In this document: positions 30,540 to 39,585 of the stretch, in pieces | How positions within the stretch are numbered: position 1 is the stretch's first letter | How the letters are laid out: each line of letters starts with the position of its first letter | Source of the DNA: Planctomycetales bacterium | GTDB taxonomy: Bacteria; Planctomycetota; Planctomycetia; Isosphaerales; Isosphaeraceae | Length of the DNA: 64,000 nt | Assembly (NCBI GenBank): GCA_027449865.1 | Contig: DAIDKV010000004.1 | Span: 8,253-72,252 of the forward strand | Direction: 5' to 3' | Translations under genes and position numbers: made by a program | The notes under the pieces: model-generated | The model's input: the letters and a program-made list of their open reading frames with translations, nothing else | Told to the model about the DNA's origin: nothing | Database searches by the model: none

Positions 30540-31784
30540 ATGATCCGCATGGGATACCTCGGCCGCCTCCTCGATCGGTTCGCTTACTCCCGCTTTGCCG
30601 CCCGGCTGCTGCGGGCCGTCCGCGAGTCGGGCGAGGCCGGCGACGAATTCCAGTACGATCCGACCGAGCAGCGAATCACCCGAATCCGCGACGGCGAGCC
30701 GGTTGGGGTGATGAATTTGGGGAATATCTACGGAAACTATCGCCAGGTCCCGCTGTCGCGCCGAGGCGAGTTTATCCGCGCCTGTGTCCGATCGCTGGCC
30801 CTGGCGCATCGTCGTGAGCTTCCCGACGACTTCGAATCGGCCAGCCACGACCTTCGCCCGAGAATCTGGCCCCGGGCCGCCGTCGAGCAGGAGCGGCTCC
30901 GCGGCCAGCTCGGCGACCAGGGACCCGGCCTCGCCGATCTCCCCCACGAACCGATCGGCGAGCACCTGCTCGCCTGCCTTGCCTACGACTGGCCCGAATC
31001 GGTCCAGTCGATCACTGCCGAGAACCTCGAAGACTGGGGCGTCTCGGTTTACGAGGCCATGGAAGTCGCCCGCCGCAACCTCGAAGAAACCACCACTTCC
31101 TACGGCAAGATCGGCGAGAACCTCTACTGCTTCAACAGCGGCGATACCTACGACGCCTCGCGCCTCGTCCTCGTCGACCGGATTGCGTCCTTCGAGCTGA
31201 CCGGACGTCCGGTTGCCATGGCCCCCTCTCGCGACCACCTGCTCATCACCGGCTCGGAGGATGAGGTGGGTCTCTCGATGATGGCAGACCTCGCCGCGCA
31301 GGTTCAGGGCGGCCCATATTCCCTGGGCGCCGGCGCTCTGATCCTTGAGGAGGGCGAGTGGATCGACTGGATGCCCCCGCCCGACTCGGCCGCCTACCCA
31401 CGCTTCAAGCGGATGGCCGTCCAGTGGCTCGGCTCGCTCCATGCCGAGCAAAAGCGGCTCCTCGAAGCCGCTCGCTCGCCCGACGATGACGATGCTCCCT
31501 TCGTGGCCACCTTCTCCGCCCTCGAAAAACCCAGCGGCGAGGTCATCACCTATTGCGTCTGGGGCGAGGGCGTCGACTCGCTCCTCCCGGTCACCGACCG
31601 CGTCGTCATCATGAAGCGCGATCACGATAAGCCCGTCGCCCTGGCCGACTGGAACCGAGTCGCCCAGCTCGCCGCCGACCTGCTCGAACCCACCGACCAC
31701 TACCCGCCTCGCTTCCGCGCACGCCAGATCCCAGACGATGCCACCCTCGACGCCATCGGCCGACACGAAAACCTGATCGATTAA
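30540..31784 (+). CDS. hypothetical protein (soluble, 414 aa)
   Basis: Long ORF with balanced composition. The opposite-strand 460-aa ORF is Gly/Arg/Asp junk. No motif recognised. Confidence 0.6.
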   Translation: MIRMGYLGRLLDRFAYSRFAARLLRAVRESGEAGDEFQYDPTEQRITRIRDGEPVGVMNLGNIYGNYRQVPLSRRGEFIRACVRSLALAHRRELPDDFESASHDLRPRIWPRAAVEQERLRGQLGDQGPGLADLPHEPIGEHLLACLAYDWPESVQSITAENLEDWGVSVYEAMEVARRNLEETTTSYGKIGENLYCFNSGDTYDASRLVLVDRIASFELTGRPVAMAPSRDHLLITGSEDEVGLSMMADLAAQVQGGPYSLGAGALILEEGEWIDWMPPPDSAAYPRFKRMAVQWLGSLHAEQKRLLEAARSPDDDDAPFVATFSALEKPSGEVITYCVWGEGVDSLLPVTDRVVIMKRDHDKPVALADWNRVAQLAADLLEPTDHYPPRFRARQIPDDATLDAIGRHENLID

Positions 31785-31798
31785 GCCAGACCGGTCTC

Positions 31799-31827
31799 TT
31801 GACAGAGCCAGAAGGCCGGGTTACCAT
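31799..31827 (+). promoter_or_regulatory. candidate sigma70-type promoter (TTGACA-17 nt-TACCAT)
   Basis: TTGACA at 31799-31804 and TACCAT at 31822-31827, 17-nt spacer, about 190 nt upstream of the DUF1559 gene. Confidence 0.3.
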
Positions 31828-32014
31828 CCCGATGTTCTGAGTGGTGCATCGAGATGTGTCTGAATTCGGCAATCCTGCTTCTTTAGGATATCCAGCGACC
31901 TCTCCACGTTCCCGTGCCCCCACGTCCCGGGGCTCGCAGACCGAGCTTTCGTTCCTCTCCCTTCTTGCGCTCACTTCTGAAGCGTCCTTTCCGAATCCAT
32001 GGGGAGATTCCGCG

Positions 32015-33040
32015 ATGAGGCTCCGCTCTCGGTCCGGTTTCACGTTGATTGAGCTCCTGGTGGTGATCGCGATCATCGCCGTGCTGATCGCTCTGCTGTT
32101 ACCCGCCGTGCAGGCCGCCCGCGAGGCCGCTCGCCGCGCCCAATGTAGCAACAATCTCAAGCAAATGGGTCTGGCGATCCACAATTACAACGAGACCTGG
32201 GAGGTCTTCCCGCCCGGTGAGGGCTCCGGCGCGATCAGCCCCCACATCGCAATGCTCCCCTTCATGGAGCAGGTCCCCGTCTACAACTCGATCAATTTCA
32301 ACCTCCCCAGCCGATGGATCTGGACCGACCCCTCCAGCCTCACCGCCGGCCGGGCGCGGGTCTCCAGCTACATTTGTCCGTCCGAGGTCAATACCGCCAA
32401 CAACAACGACGGATTTTTCTTTTACGGGACGAACTACGCCTGGAACTCAGGCTCGTGGTGGCCCCGGTTCCAGCAGTGGGACGGCGTCTTCGGCCGAACC
32501 TACGACGACGACTCAACCGTCCGCCCCTTCAAGCCGTCCCTGATCGGCATCGCCGCCATTGTTGACGGAACGAGCAACACCCTGCTCAGTGCCGAGGTCG
32601 CGCAGGGCCCCGACGGCAACTCGGGCGCGCCTCGAACCCGCGTCTCCGACTGCTACCACATCGCGGGGCTTCAGCCGACCGGCCCGGCCACGACCTTGCA
32701 GATGCAGCAGGTCGTCACGCAGTGCAACGCCACCAACTGGGTGACTGGCCCCATCCCCTGGGGCGGAGGCTGGCGCTACAAGGGATACCCCTGGATGGAA
32801 GGCAGCATGTGGCGCAACTGGTTCAACACCATCCGAACGCCCAACCAGACCTGCTGCACCATGGACGGTATTAGCTGGTGGTACATCATGAAGCCCGCTT
32901 CGAGCTACCACCCGGGCGTTGTCAACGCGGCGATGTGCGACGGAAGCGTCCGGGTCGCGAAGGAGTCGGTCAGCCAGGTGGTCTGGATGGCCCTCGGCAC
33001 CCGGGCCGGCAACGAGGTGATCTCGGCCGATTCGTACTGA
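32015..33040 (+). CDS. DUF1559 protein with prepilin-type N-terminal methylation motif (H-X9-DG family)
   Basis: '[47 protein letters not shown]' and C-terminal '[17 protein letters not shown]'. Confidence 0.87.
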   Translation: MRLRSRSGFTLIELLVVIAIIAVLIALLLPAVQAAREAARRAQCSNNLKQMGLAIHNYNETWEVFPPGEGSGAISPHIAMLPFMEQVPVYNSINFNLPSRWIWTDPSSLTAGRARVSSYICPSEVNTANNNDGFFFYGTNYAWNSGSWWPRFQQWDGVFGRTYDDDSTVRPFKPSLIGIAAIVDGTSNTLLSAEVAQGPDGNSGAPRTRVSDCYHIAGLQPTGPATTLQMQQVVTQCNATNWVTGPIPWGGGWRYKGYPWMEGSMWRNWFNTIRTPNQTCCTMDGISWWYIMKPASSYHPGVVNAAMCDGSVRVAKESVSQVVWMALGTRAGNEVISADSY

Positions 33041-33081
33041 GACGGCGTCCGATAAGACACGTCCGACCACAGATGGTCGGC

Positions 33082-33396
33082 CGCCGGCTGGAGCCGGCTT
33101 TTACAACTGGCCACCCATGAGTCGAGAGAAACCGCCGATGTAGGAGCGAGCTCCAGCTCCCGATCCGACCGCAGCAAAAGCGATCGCGATGATCGCCGGC
33201 TGGAGCCGGCTCCTACAACGGGCCACCCACGAGTGTCGAGAGAAACCGCCGATGTAGGAGCGAGCTCCAGCTCCCGATCCGACCGCAGCAAAAGCGATCG
33301 CGATGATCGCCGGCTGGAGCCGGCTCCTACAACTGGCGGGTCCCGCCCAAGCAAAAGCGAACGCGAAGATCGCCGGCTGGAGCCGGCTCCTACAAC
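33082..33396. repeat. array of REP/MITE-like palindromic elements (family 1: CGCCGGCTGGAGCCGGCTCCTACAAC)
   Basis: Four direct copies of the 26-bp core at 33082, 33194, 33308 and 33371. Two inverted partners TGTAGGAGCGAGCTCCAGCTCCCG lie at 33139 and 33253. Two near-identical ~113-bp units are followed by shorter units. Confidence 0.85.
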
Positions 33397-33520
33397 GACC
33401 GGACGGATGCGGTCTCCAAGACGCGACGCTTCTCGTACCCCTTTGAGTCCGGCCCGGCGACAGGGCAGGGCGGGGTCATCCGTTGAACTTCTTAAGACTC
33501 TATGAAAGGGCACAAATTCC

Positions 33521-33751
33521 ATGCACACGATTGCCCGTCGATTGCGTGCGCTGATGGCAATGATTGCCTCGGCTGTGGTGGTCGCCTCGACCGTGGTCGG
33601 TTGCAGCGAGCCGGAACCGCCGCCGCTCACCAAGGAGGGCTTCGAGGCCGCGAAGAAGGATCGCGAGGAAATCATCCGGAAAGAATACGGTGAGAGTGCT
33701 TATAAACAGGCCACCAGGGAAACCGCGAAGGCGTCGCCAAAAGCAAAATGA
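33521..33751 (+). CDS. small lipoprotein
   Basis: 76 aa with lipobox 'VVGC' after a hydrophobic leader, then a Lys/Glu-rich mature part. Its stop overlaps the next gene's ATG (ATGA). Confidence 0.6.
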   Translation: MHTIARRLRALMAMIASAVVVASTVVGCSEPEPPPLTKEGFEAAKKDREEIIRKEYGESAYKQATRETAKASPKAK

Positions 33752-35574
33752 TCCCCGCCGGGGGGAGTGTTCCGATGGTTCGGGCCTCTGAAGTCGACCG
33801 AGTGGCCGGGCCTGCGCTCGGCCCCGGCCGATGGGTCGTGATGTTCGCGGGCCTGCTGCTCGCGACCTCGGCCGCGCGATGCGGCGGTGGACCCCGTCCG
33901 TCCGCCTCTCCCGTTCCCGACGAGCCCCCACGCGCTCGGCCCGACTCTGGTCCCTGGTTCGTCGACCGCGCCCGCGATTATGGCCTCGACGTCGTCACCA
34001 CCTGCGGCGGACCCGAGAAACGCTCGGTCGTCGAATCGCTCGGAACTGGTCTGACCCTCTTCGACGCCGACAACGACGGCGACCTCGACCTCTTCGTCGC
34101 GGGGACCAGCCGGGTTGAAGGCGGCACCATCCGGCCGGCCGGCGGACCCTGGCTCTTCCGCAACGACGGACCCGGACGCTGGGTCGACGTCTCCGCCCCA
34201 TCCGGCCTGCACCACACCGGATGGTCCCAGGCCGTGGCACCGGCCGACTACGACGGCGACGGCGACCTCGACCTCTTCGTCGCCCAGCTCGGCCCCGATG
34301 TCCTCTGGCGAAACCAGGGCGACGGCACCTTCCGCGACGTCACCCAGGCCGCCGGACTTCGCGACGCTTACTGGGGTGTCGGCGCGACCTGGGGCGATGT
34401 CGACGGCGACGGCTGGCCTGACCTCTACGTCACAAACTATCTCGAGGCCGACCCCATCCATCCGGAGCCCCCGATCGACTACCTTCCGGGCTTCCCTGTC
34501 TTTCGGGGTCCGACCGCCCTGCCGGGCCAGCCCGACCTCCTCTGGAGGAATCGGGGCGACGGCACCTTCGAGGACGTCACCGCCAGGTCGGGCGTCGCCC
34601 GTCCCGACGGAAAAGGGATGGCCGCCCTGTTCGCCGATCTCGACGACGACGGCCGCCTCGACCTGTTCGTCACCAACGACACTCAGAGCAACGACCTCTT
34701 CCGCGGACTCGGCGACGGCCGGTTCCATCAGGTGGCGCACGAGGCTGGAGTCGCGCTCAATCCCATGGGAATCGCCGAGGGAAGCATGGGTATCGACGTG
34801 GCCGACGTCGATGGCGACGGCCGCCTCGACCTCGCCTTCACCAATTTCCGACACGAGGGAACCCGACTCTACCGAAACCTGGGCCACCATCTTTTCGAGG
34901 ACATCTCGACCGGCTCGTTCGTCGGCGTCAATACGCTTCGCTTCGTCGGCTGGGGGCTCATCCTGGTCGACTTCGACAACGACGGCTGGCCCGATCTCTT
35001 TCAGGCCAACGGACACGTCTACCCCGGCGTCCCCGATGCCGACTACGACCAGCCGCTCCTGTTCCTCAAGAACACTGGCGAAGCCCGTTTCGAGCCCGCC
35101 ACCGAGACCTGGGGCCCCAGCCTCGACCGGCTCCGATCCGGTCGAGGCGCCGCTGTGGGTGACCTCGACAACGATGGTGATCTCGACCTGGTCGTGTCGA
35201 CCATCGACGGACCGCTCCGCGTACTGGTCAACGAGGGACGAAGAACCTCAAACGCCGTCCAGATCCGCCTCGTCGGCCAGGCTCCTCGTCGCGAGGCGAT
35301 CGGAACACGTCTCGAAATTCAGGCGGGCGGGCGAACTCAGATCGGTGTCGTCCGACGCGGCGGCGCCTTCCTCTCCGCGTCCGACCTCACCCTGCATTTC
35401 GGACTCGCCGATGCGTCCTCCATCGATCGAGTCACCATCCGCTGGCCCGGCGGTCGCTCGCAAACCCATGCCCGCCTCCCCGTCAACGCTCGACTCACCA
35501 TCCGAGAAGCCGAAGCGGCCGTCGCTGTCGCCCCGTTCCTCACCCCCATCGATGATGAGGCTGCAACACCATGA
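33748..35574 (+). CDS. CRTAC1-family FG-GAP/VCBS repeat protein with ASPIC/UnbV C-terminal domain
   Basis: Repeated 'D(A/Y/V)D(N/G)DGDLDLFV' calcium-binding FG-GAP loops (at least 6 copies). C-terminal 'IGTRLEIQAGGRTQ...GGAFLSASD..LHFGL' is the UnbV_ASPIC pattern. An alternative start is at 33775. Confidence 0.85.
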   Translation: MIPAGGSVPMVRASEVDRVAGPALGPGRWVVMFAGLLLATSAARCGGGPRPSASPVPDEPPRARPDSGPWFVDRARDYGLDVVTTCGGPEKRSVVESLGTGLTLFDADNDGDLDLFVAGTSRVEGGTIRPAGGPWLFRNDGPGRWVDVSAPSGLHHTGWSQAVAPADYDGDGDLDLFVAQLGPDVLWRNQGDGTFRDVTQAAGLRDAYWGVGATWGDVDGDGWPDLYVTNYLEADPIHPEPPIDYLPGFPVFRGPTALPGQPDLLWRNRGDGTFEDVTARSGVARPDGKGMAALFADLDDDGRLDLFVTNDTQSNDLFRGLGDGRFHQVAHEAGVALNPMGIAEGSMGIDVADVDGDGRLDLAFTNFRHEGTRLYRNLGHHLFEDISTGSFVGVNTLRFVGWGLILVDFDNDGWPDLFQANGHVYPGVPDADYDQPLLFLKNTGEARFEPATETWGPSLDRLRSGRGAAVGDLDNDGDLDLVVSTIDGPLRVLVNEGRRTSNAVQIRLVGQAPRREAIGTRLEIQAGGRTQIGVVRRGGAFLSASDLTLHFGLADASSIDRVTIRWPGGRSQTHARLPVNARLTIREAEAAVAVAPFLTPIDDEAATP

Positions 35575-36437
35575 GCGACCCAACACCAACCAGGAACACC
35601 CAGGCTTCCCAGGCCGGACGCTGGCGTCTCCTCTTTCACGTCTCCGCCACGCTGGCGACCTGCGCGATGGGCGCGGCGCTCCTCTGGTATCTCAGCGGCC
35701 GGCACCTCTGGTCCGAGTATCAAAAGTGGCGGGTCGAGGTGCGCGCCACCGAGGACTCCGTGCCGATCGGCTACCTGGGAGCCAACTATCGACGTTCCTA
35801 CAACGACCGGGCCGCCAACTTCCACTTCGAGAAGGACGGGAAAAAACTCCTCTGGGCCGCGGGAGGCGCGGGGCAAACCAGGGAATTCTACGACGTGACC
35901 GAGGCCGACTTCCCCGTCCAGGAGGCCGACGGCGGCTTTGGTCGCGACTCCATCCCCGGCATCGATTATCCCATCCTCGAAAAGACCGACGGCGAACACG
36001 CCAGGAACCTGCGCGACCGCCAGCCCGTTTTCGGCCTGATCCTCGACGAGGGACCACGAGCCTACCCCGACGATCTGCTCCTCAAAATCGAGGTCGTCAA
36101 CGACCGCGATGGAACAACGCCCTTTGTCGTCGTCCACGATCGCGGACGCGGGCGCGCCTACGCCTTCCTTCGCGACGTCTCGGGGCAGGTCCTCAGCTTC
36201 GGCACGACCGGCTACTCCCTGCGCAGGGCTCCGCTCCTTTACGACCGAAAAACCAAAAGCCTCTGGTGGATCGTCCAGGAAGGCGTCCTTCGTTGCGTGA
36301 ACGGACCCCTCAAGGGGACGACTCTCTCACCCTATCGGCCCGTCGAGCCTCTCCCGTGGGGCGAGTGGCTCTCGCAACATCCGAAGACCCTGGTCCTCGT
36401 CGGCAACGATCGCGGCAAGCCCATCCCCGCGGAATAG
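35571..36437 (+). CDS. DUF3179 domain protein (membrane-anchored)
   Basis: N-terminal TM, then 'RDSIPGIDYPIL...QPVFGLILDEGPRAYP...TPFVVVHD'. ATGA overlap with the CRTAC1 gene. Confidence 0.72.
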   Translation: MSDPTPTRNTQASQAGRWRLLFHVSATLATCAMGAALLWYLSGRHLWSEYQKWRVEVRATEDSVPIGYLGANYRRSYNDRAANFHFEKDGKKLLWAAGGAGQTREFYDVTEADFPVQEADGGFGRDSIPGIDYPILEKTDGEHARNLRDRQPVFGLILDEGPRAYPDDLLLKIEVVNDRDGTTPFVVVHDRGRGRAYAFLRDVSGQVLSFGTTGYSLRRAPLLYDRKTKSLWWIVQEGVLRCVNGPLKGTTLSPYRPVEPLPWGEWLSQHPKTLVLVGNDRGKPIPAE

Positions 36438-36461
36438 CAAGCCACTCCGGAACTCCCGGGA

Positions 36462-37259
36462 TCAGGTCAGGTGCCGGGCCAGGACGTCGAGGACGACGTC
36501 GTGCAGCCGGCCGTTGGTCGCGAGGATGTCAGTGCTCGCCAGCGGAAGCTCCGCGCCCCGGCAGGTGGTCACCCGCCCGCCCGCCTCCTCGACGAAAAGC
36601 CGACCAGCGGCGAAATCCCAGGGCGAAAGCTCCAGCTCGAAATAGGCGCCGAACATCCCCATGCCGACCATGCAGAGGTCCAGCGAGGCCGTCCCAAACC
36701 GGCGAATCCCGTGAATTTGCCGACGCTTAAGGTCGCCGATGGCCTCGAGTGTCGCCTCCATCATCGCGCCTCGGTTGTAATAAAACCCGACCCCCACCAG
36801 AGACTGGTCCAGGCTCTCGTGGTCGGCGACGCGCACCCGATTCCCATTCAAGTAGGCGCCCTGACCCCTCGCGGCCACATGCCACTCGTCTCGGACCGGG
36901 TTGTAGACGATCCCTGCCTCGGCACGTCCCTCGCGGTAGTAGGCGATCGAGACGGCGTGATGCGGTATCCGGTGGGCGAAGTTATTGGTCCCGTCCAGCG
37001 GGTCGATGATCCAGAGGTGCTCCGCGCTCACGTCGCCCCGGTGCGACTCCTCGCCAAGAACCTCGTGGCCGGGATGAGCCGCCCGGATCACCTCGACGAT
37101 CGCACGCTCGGCCTCGATATCGGCGTCGGAGACCAGGTTGGCGACATCCTTGTTCCGGATCTCGAAGCCATCGCGGAAGTACCGCCGAAGAACCTCCCCA
37201 CCGGCGAGAGCCGCCCGCTCGGCGACGGAAAGTTCGGGAGTCTGGATCGGTGCGATCAT
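36462..37259 (-). CDS. suhB: inositol monophosphatase family protein (SuhB/HisN-like)
   Basis: 'GEE' metal site, 'WIIDPLDGTNNFAH', 'WDFAAG'. Confidence 0.87.
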   Translation of the reverse strand: MIAPIQTPELSVAERAALAGGEVLRRYFRDGFEIRNKDVANLVSDADIEAERAIVEVIRAAHPGHEVLGEESHRGDVSAEHLWIIDPLDGTNNFAHRIPHHAVSIAYYREGRAEAGIVYNPVRDEWHVAARGQGAYLNGNRVRVADHESLDQSLVGVGFYYNRGAMMEATLEAIGDLKRRQIHGIRRFGTASLDLCMVGMGMFGAYFELELSPWDFAAGRLFVEEAGGRVTTCRGAELPLASTDILATNGRLHDVVLDVLARHLT

Positions 37260-37419
37260 CGGTTGGTGATCTCAGGGGCCGAGGCGGATCGATTCGACCG
37301 AACATTCTACGCGAATCGCCCAGCCCGGACGATCCAGGCTGGCCAGGGCTCGCGATCGACCTACCATTTCTGATACAAGAGCCTGAACCCATACCCCCAG
37401 ATTGTACCACGGCGAGCTT

Positions 37420-38634
37420 ATGGTCCCTCTCGACATCACCCCGATCCTGCTGTCCCTGATCGAAGGGGTCCTCCTGGCCATCTTCTGCGGCATCCTGGCA
37501 AGCTGGGGGTGGCTGATCGTTCGCCTGCTCGAGCGCAGGCCCTGCCTACCGCCGGAGTCCCTCGTCGAACGAAGGCCGACGCCCTGGGGAGCGGGAACGA
37601 TCCTGCTCGTCATGCTGACCTATTTCGTGGTCAGTTACGAGGCTTTCCTCCAGTACCACGATGCGACTCACCCCCCCGCGCCCGTGGTGAAGGCACCCGC
37701 CCAACCGGACGGCAAACCCGCCGAGGCCGCTCCGGCGAAGCCCGAGGGCGCCGCTCGCGGTCGCCGCTTTCTCGAATTGAGCTACGCCGAGATGCTCGCG
37801 ATCCAGGGAACGGTCAATGCCGTTCTGCTGATCCTTCTGCCAGGCATCGCCCGCCTGACCTCCGGAGCCCGGCCCATCGACCTGGGTCTCACCCTCCGAA
37901 ACGGCCGCCGTCAGATCGCCGTTGGAATCATCGCGGTCCTGGTCCTGATGCCGGTCGTCTACATCGTCCAGACCGCCAGCGTCTGGCTCCTTGGCCTCAC
38001 GCCCGATCAGCAAAAGGAGTTTCAGCACCCGATCGCCAAGATGCTCCACGCCGAGTTCTCGCCTGGAATTGCCATCCTGGCGCTCCTCACGGCCGTCGTT
38101 CTCGCACCGGCCTTCGAGGAGCTTCTCTTCCGTGGCTTCATCCAGTCGTGGCTGGTAAAGTCGCTCGGACAGATCCTTCAGCCTCGCCCCACCCCATTGG
38201 AAATCGTCGAGCTTCCCGATCCCGATCTCGACCTCTGGGAGGCCATCGACGAGCCCAGCCCGCAAGGGACCGTTCCGGTCGAGACGCCGCCGCGATCCAA
38301 AACCGCCGCCGGCGCGGCCATTGTCCTCTCCTCGATGATCTTCGCCGGCCTCCACGCCGACCAGTGGCCCGCCCCCATCGCCCTGTTCCTCCTCGCGCTG
38401 GGCCTCGGCTACGTCTACGAACGAACCGGTAGCCTCCTCGCCCCAATTTGCATGCACGCTGTCTTCAACGGCTTCGCCACGCTGATGCTCTTTCTCGTCG
38501 CCCTCTCGCCTCAGTCCCCCGAAAAAGAGCCCGCCCCAAACGCCGTCAAACCACCCACGCCGGTCAAGCAGGCAAACCAGGAAAACCACGCAAAGTCTCC
38601 CGACGCCCCGTCGACACCGACGTTGAAAAAGTGA
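37420..38634 (+). CDS. CPBP-family (CAAX/Abi) intramembrane glutamic protease
   Basis: 'APAFEELLFRGF' (motif 1), 'FAGLHADQW' (motif 2), 'HAVFNGFA' (motif 3), multiple TM helices. The ATG at 37420 is preferred over the TTG at 37402. Confidence 0.8.
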   Translation: MVPLDITPILLSLIEGVLLAIFCGILASWGWLIVRLLERRPCLPPESLVERRPTPWGAGTILLVMLTYFVVSYEAFLQYHDATHPPAPVVKAPAQPDGKPAEAAPAKPEGAARGRRFLELSYAEMLAIQGTVNAVLLILLPGIARLTSGARPIDLGLTLRNGRRQIAVGIIAVLVLMPVVYIVQTASVWLLGLTPDQQKEFQHPIAKMLHAEFSPGIAILALLTAVVLAPAFEELLFRGFIQSWLVKSLGQILQPRPTPLEIVELPDPDLDLWEAIDEPSPQGTVPVETPPRSKTAAGAAIVLSSMIFAGLHADQWPAPIALFLLALGLGYVYERTGSLLAPICMHAVFNGFATLMLFLVALSPQSPEKEPAPNAVKPPTPVKQANQENHAKSPDAPSTPTLKK

Positions 38635-38872
38635 AACCGCCTCGGCTTTTTTCTGGACGTGGTGGTCTCCGACTGGTAGAGTCCGAGTGGTTGTGCTTCA
38701 TGGAGATGGTTGTGCGACCGTCCTGTCATCGGATTTTCCGGGTGGCCTTCGTGGGAAGCAATCTCAGGCTTCCGATGAAAGTTAAGCCAGCGGTCATCCG
38801 ATGAGATAGGGACCTGGTTCCGACGATCTCACCCCTTCGAGCGGTCGATGCGAGTCGACTCGCTTCTTGAGA

Positions 38873-39277
38873 ATGAAGTGGCGTCCGATGGTGGAGATCC
38901 TCGACGATCTCTCGATCGGGGCGCCGGCAACGGTGACGGGCGAAGTCCCGTTGCCTGAGGCCCTCATCCCGCCAGGATGGCCGATTTCGGGGGGGATTGG
39001 TATCCCTCACGACCCAAGGGATTGGTGGAGCGTGGACCTGTTGTTCGGGTCGCGTTTCTACTCGTGGGAGCAGTGTTCGATGAACGAATCGAAGTCCAAG
39101 AAGAACACACCTTTGCACGACGGTTTTGAATGGGCCGGAGCCGTTGCCCGGGTGCGACGGGGAGCTCGGTCCAATCGCGCGGGTCGTCGGACCGCGCTGC
39201 TGAGCATGCTCACCGCCGCCTATGTCAACTCCAGCCGCGGCGGACGGACCAGCGAGCGAACCACCGGTGAGCGCTGA
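38873..39277 (+). CDS. doubtful hypothetical protein
   Basis: This is the only ORF in the 38.64-39.58 kb gap with moderately protein-like composition and mostly G/C third positions. No motif and no clear RBS. Confidence 0.3.
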   Translation: MKWRPMVEILDDLSIGAPATVTGEVPLPEALIPPGWPISGGIGIPHDPRDWWSVDLLFGSRFYSWEQCSMNESKSKKNTPLHDGFEWAGAVARVRRGARSNRAGRRTALLSMLTAAYVNSSRGGRTSERTTGER

Positions 39278-39428
39278 GCTTCCGTGATCGAAAACAAGAT
39301 TCCTCGACCGCCGAGGTTCCTATCGGCCGACTCCCCATGAGTCTCTCTCTCCGCGGTACGCCGTGAGGCGTTCCCGACCGACTGCTATGGATTGCCGCCT
39401 CGTTGAGGCCGCAATCGACCAAAACATC

Positions 39429-39482
39429 GACCGAACCTTTCCCCTGACACCTTCACGGTGGGAAAGGTTCGGTCTTTTCGTT
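39429..39482. terminator. strong intrinsic terminator hairpin
   Basis: Perfect 15-bp stem GACCGAACCTTTCCC / GGGAAAGGTTCGGTC with a 16-nt loop, followed by TTTTCGTT on the + strand. On the - strand it is followed by GATGTTTT, about 110 nt after the stop of the 39586-40332 gene. Confidence 0.6.
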
Positions 39483-39585
39483 GGTCCCTCAGGCGCGGGC
39501 CGAAGTCGGCCTAAAAAGACAACGTCCCAGGCCCGCGGAAGGGGAGGGCCGGGGACGTCGGAGAAGGTCGATCATCGAACCGCCC

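Noticed and set aside
33082-33396. Possible CRISPR array (26-bp repeat seen four times).
   Set aside because: The spacing is irregular (112, 114, 63 bp), the 'spacers' are themselves repeated, inverted partner copies are present, and there are no cas genes in the window. It behaves like a REP/MITE array.
32905-33675. 256-aa minus-strand ORF containing 'VVGAGSSRRSSRSLLL' three times.
   Set aside because: It is simply the translation of the palindromic repeat array. It also overlaps the 3' end of the DUF1559 gene and the small lipoprotein gene.
38623-38655. Terminator after the CPBP gene (GCC-TC-GGC followed by TTTTTT).
   Set aside because: The stem is only 3 bp of G-C pairs. That is too weak to call without transcript data.
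38726-39118. 130-aa minus-strand ORF in the gene-poor gap.
   Set aside because: Arg/Pro-rich and antisense to the somewhat better + strand ORF, with no RBS.
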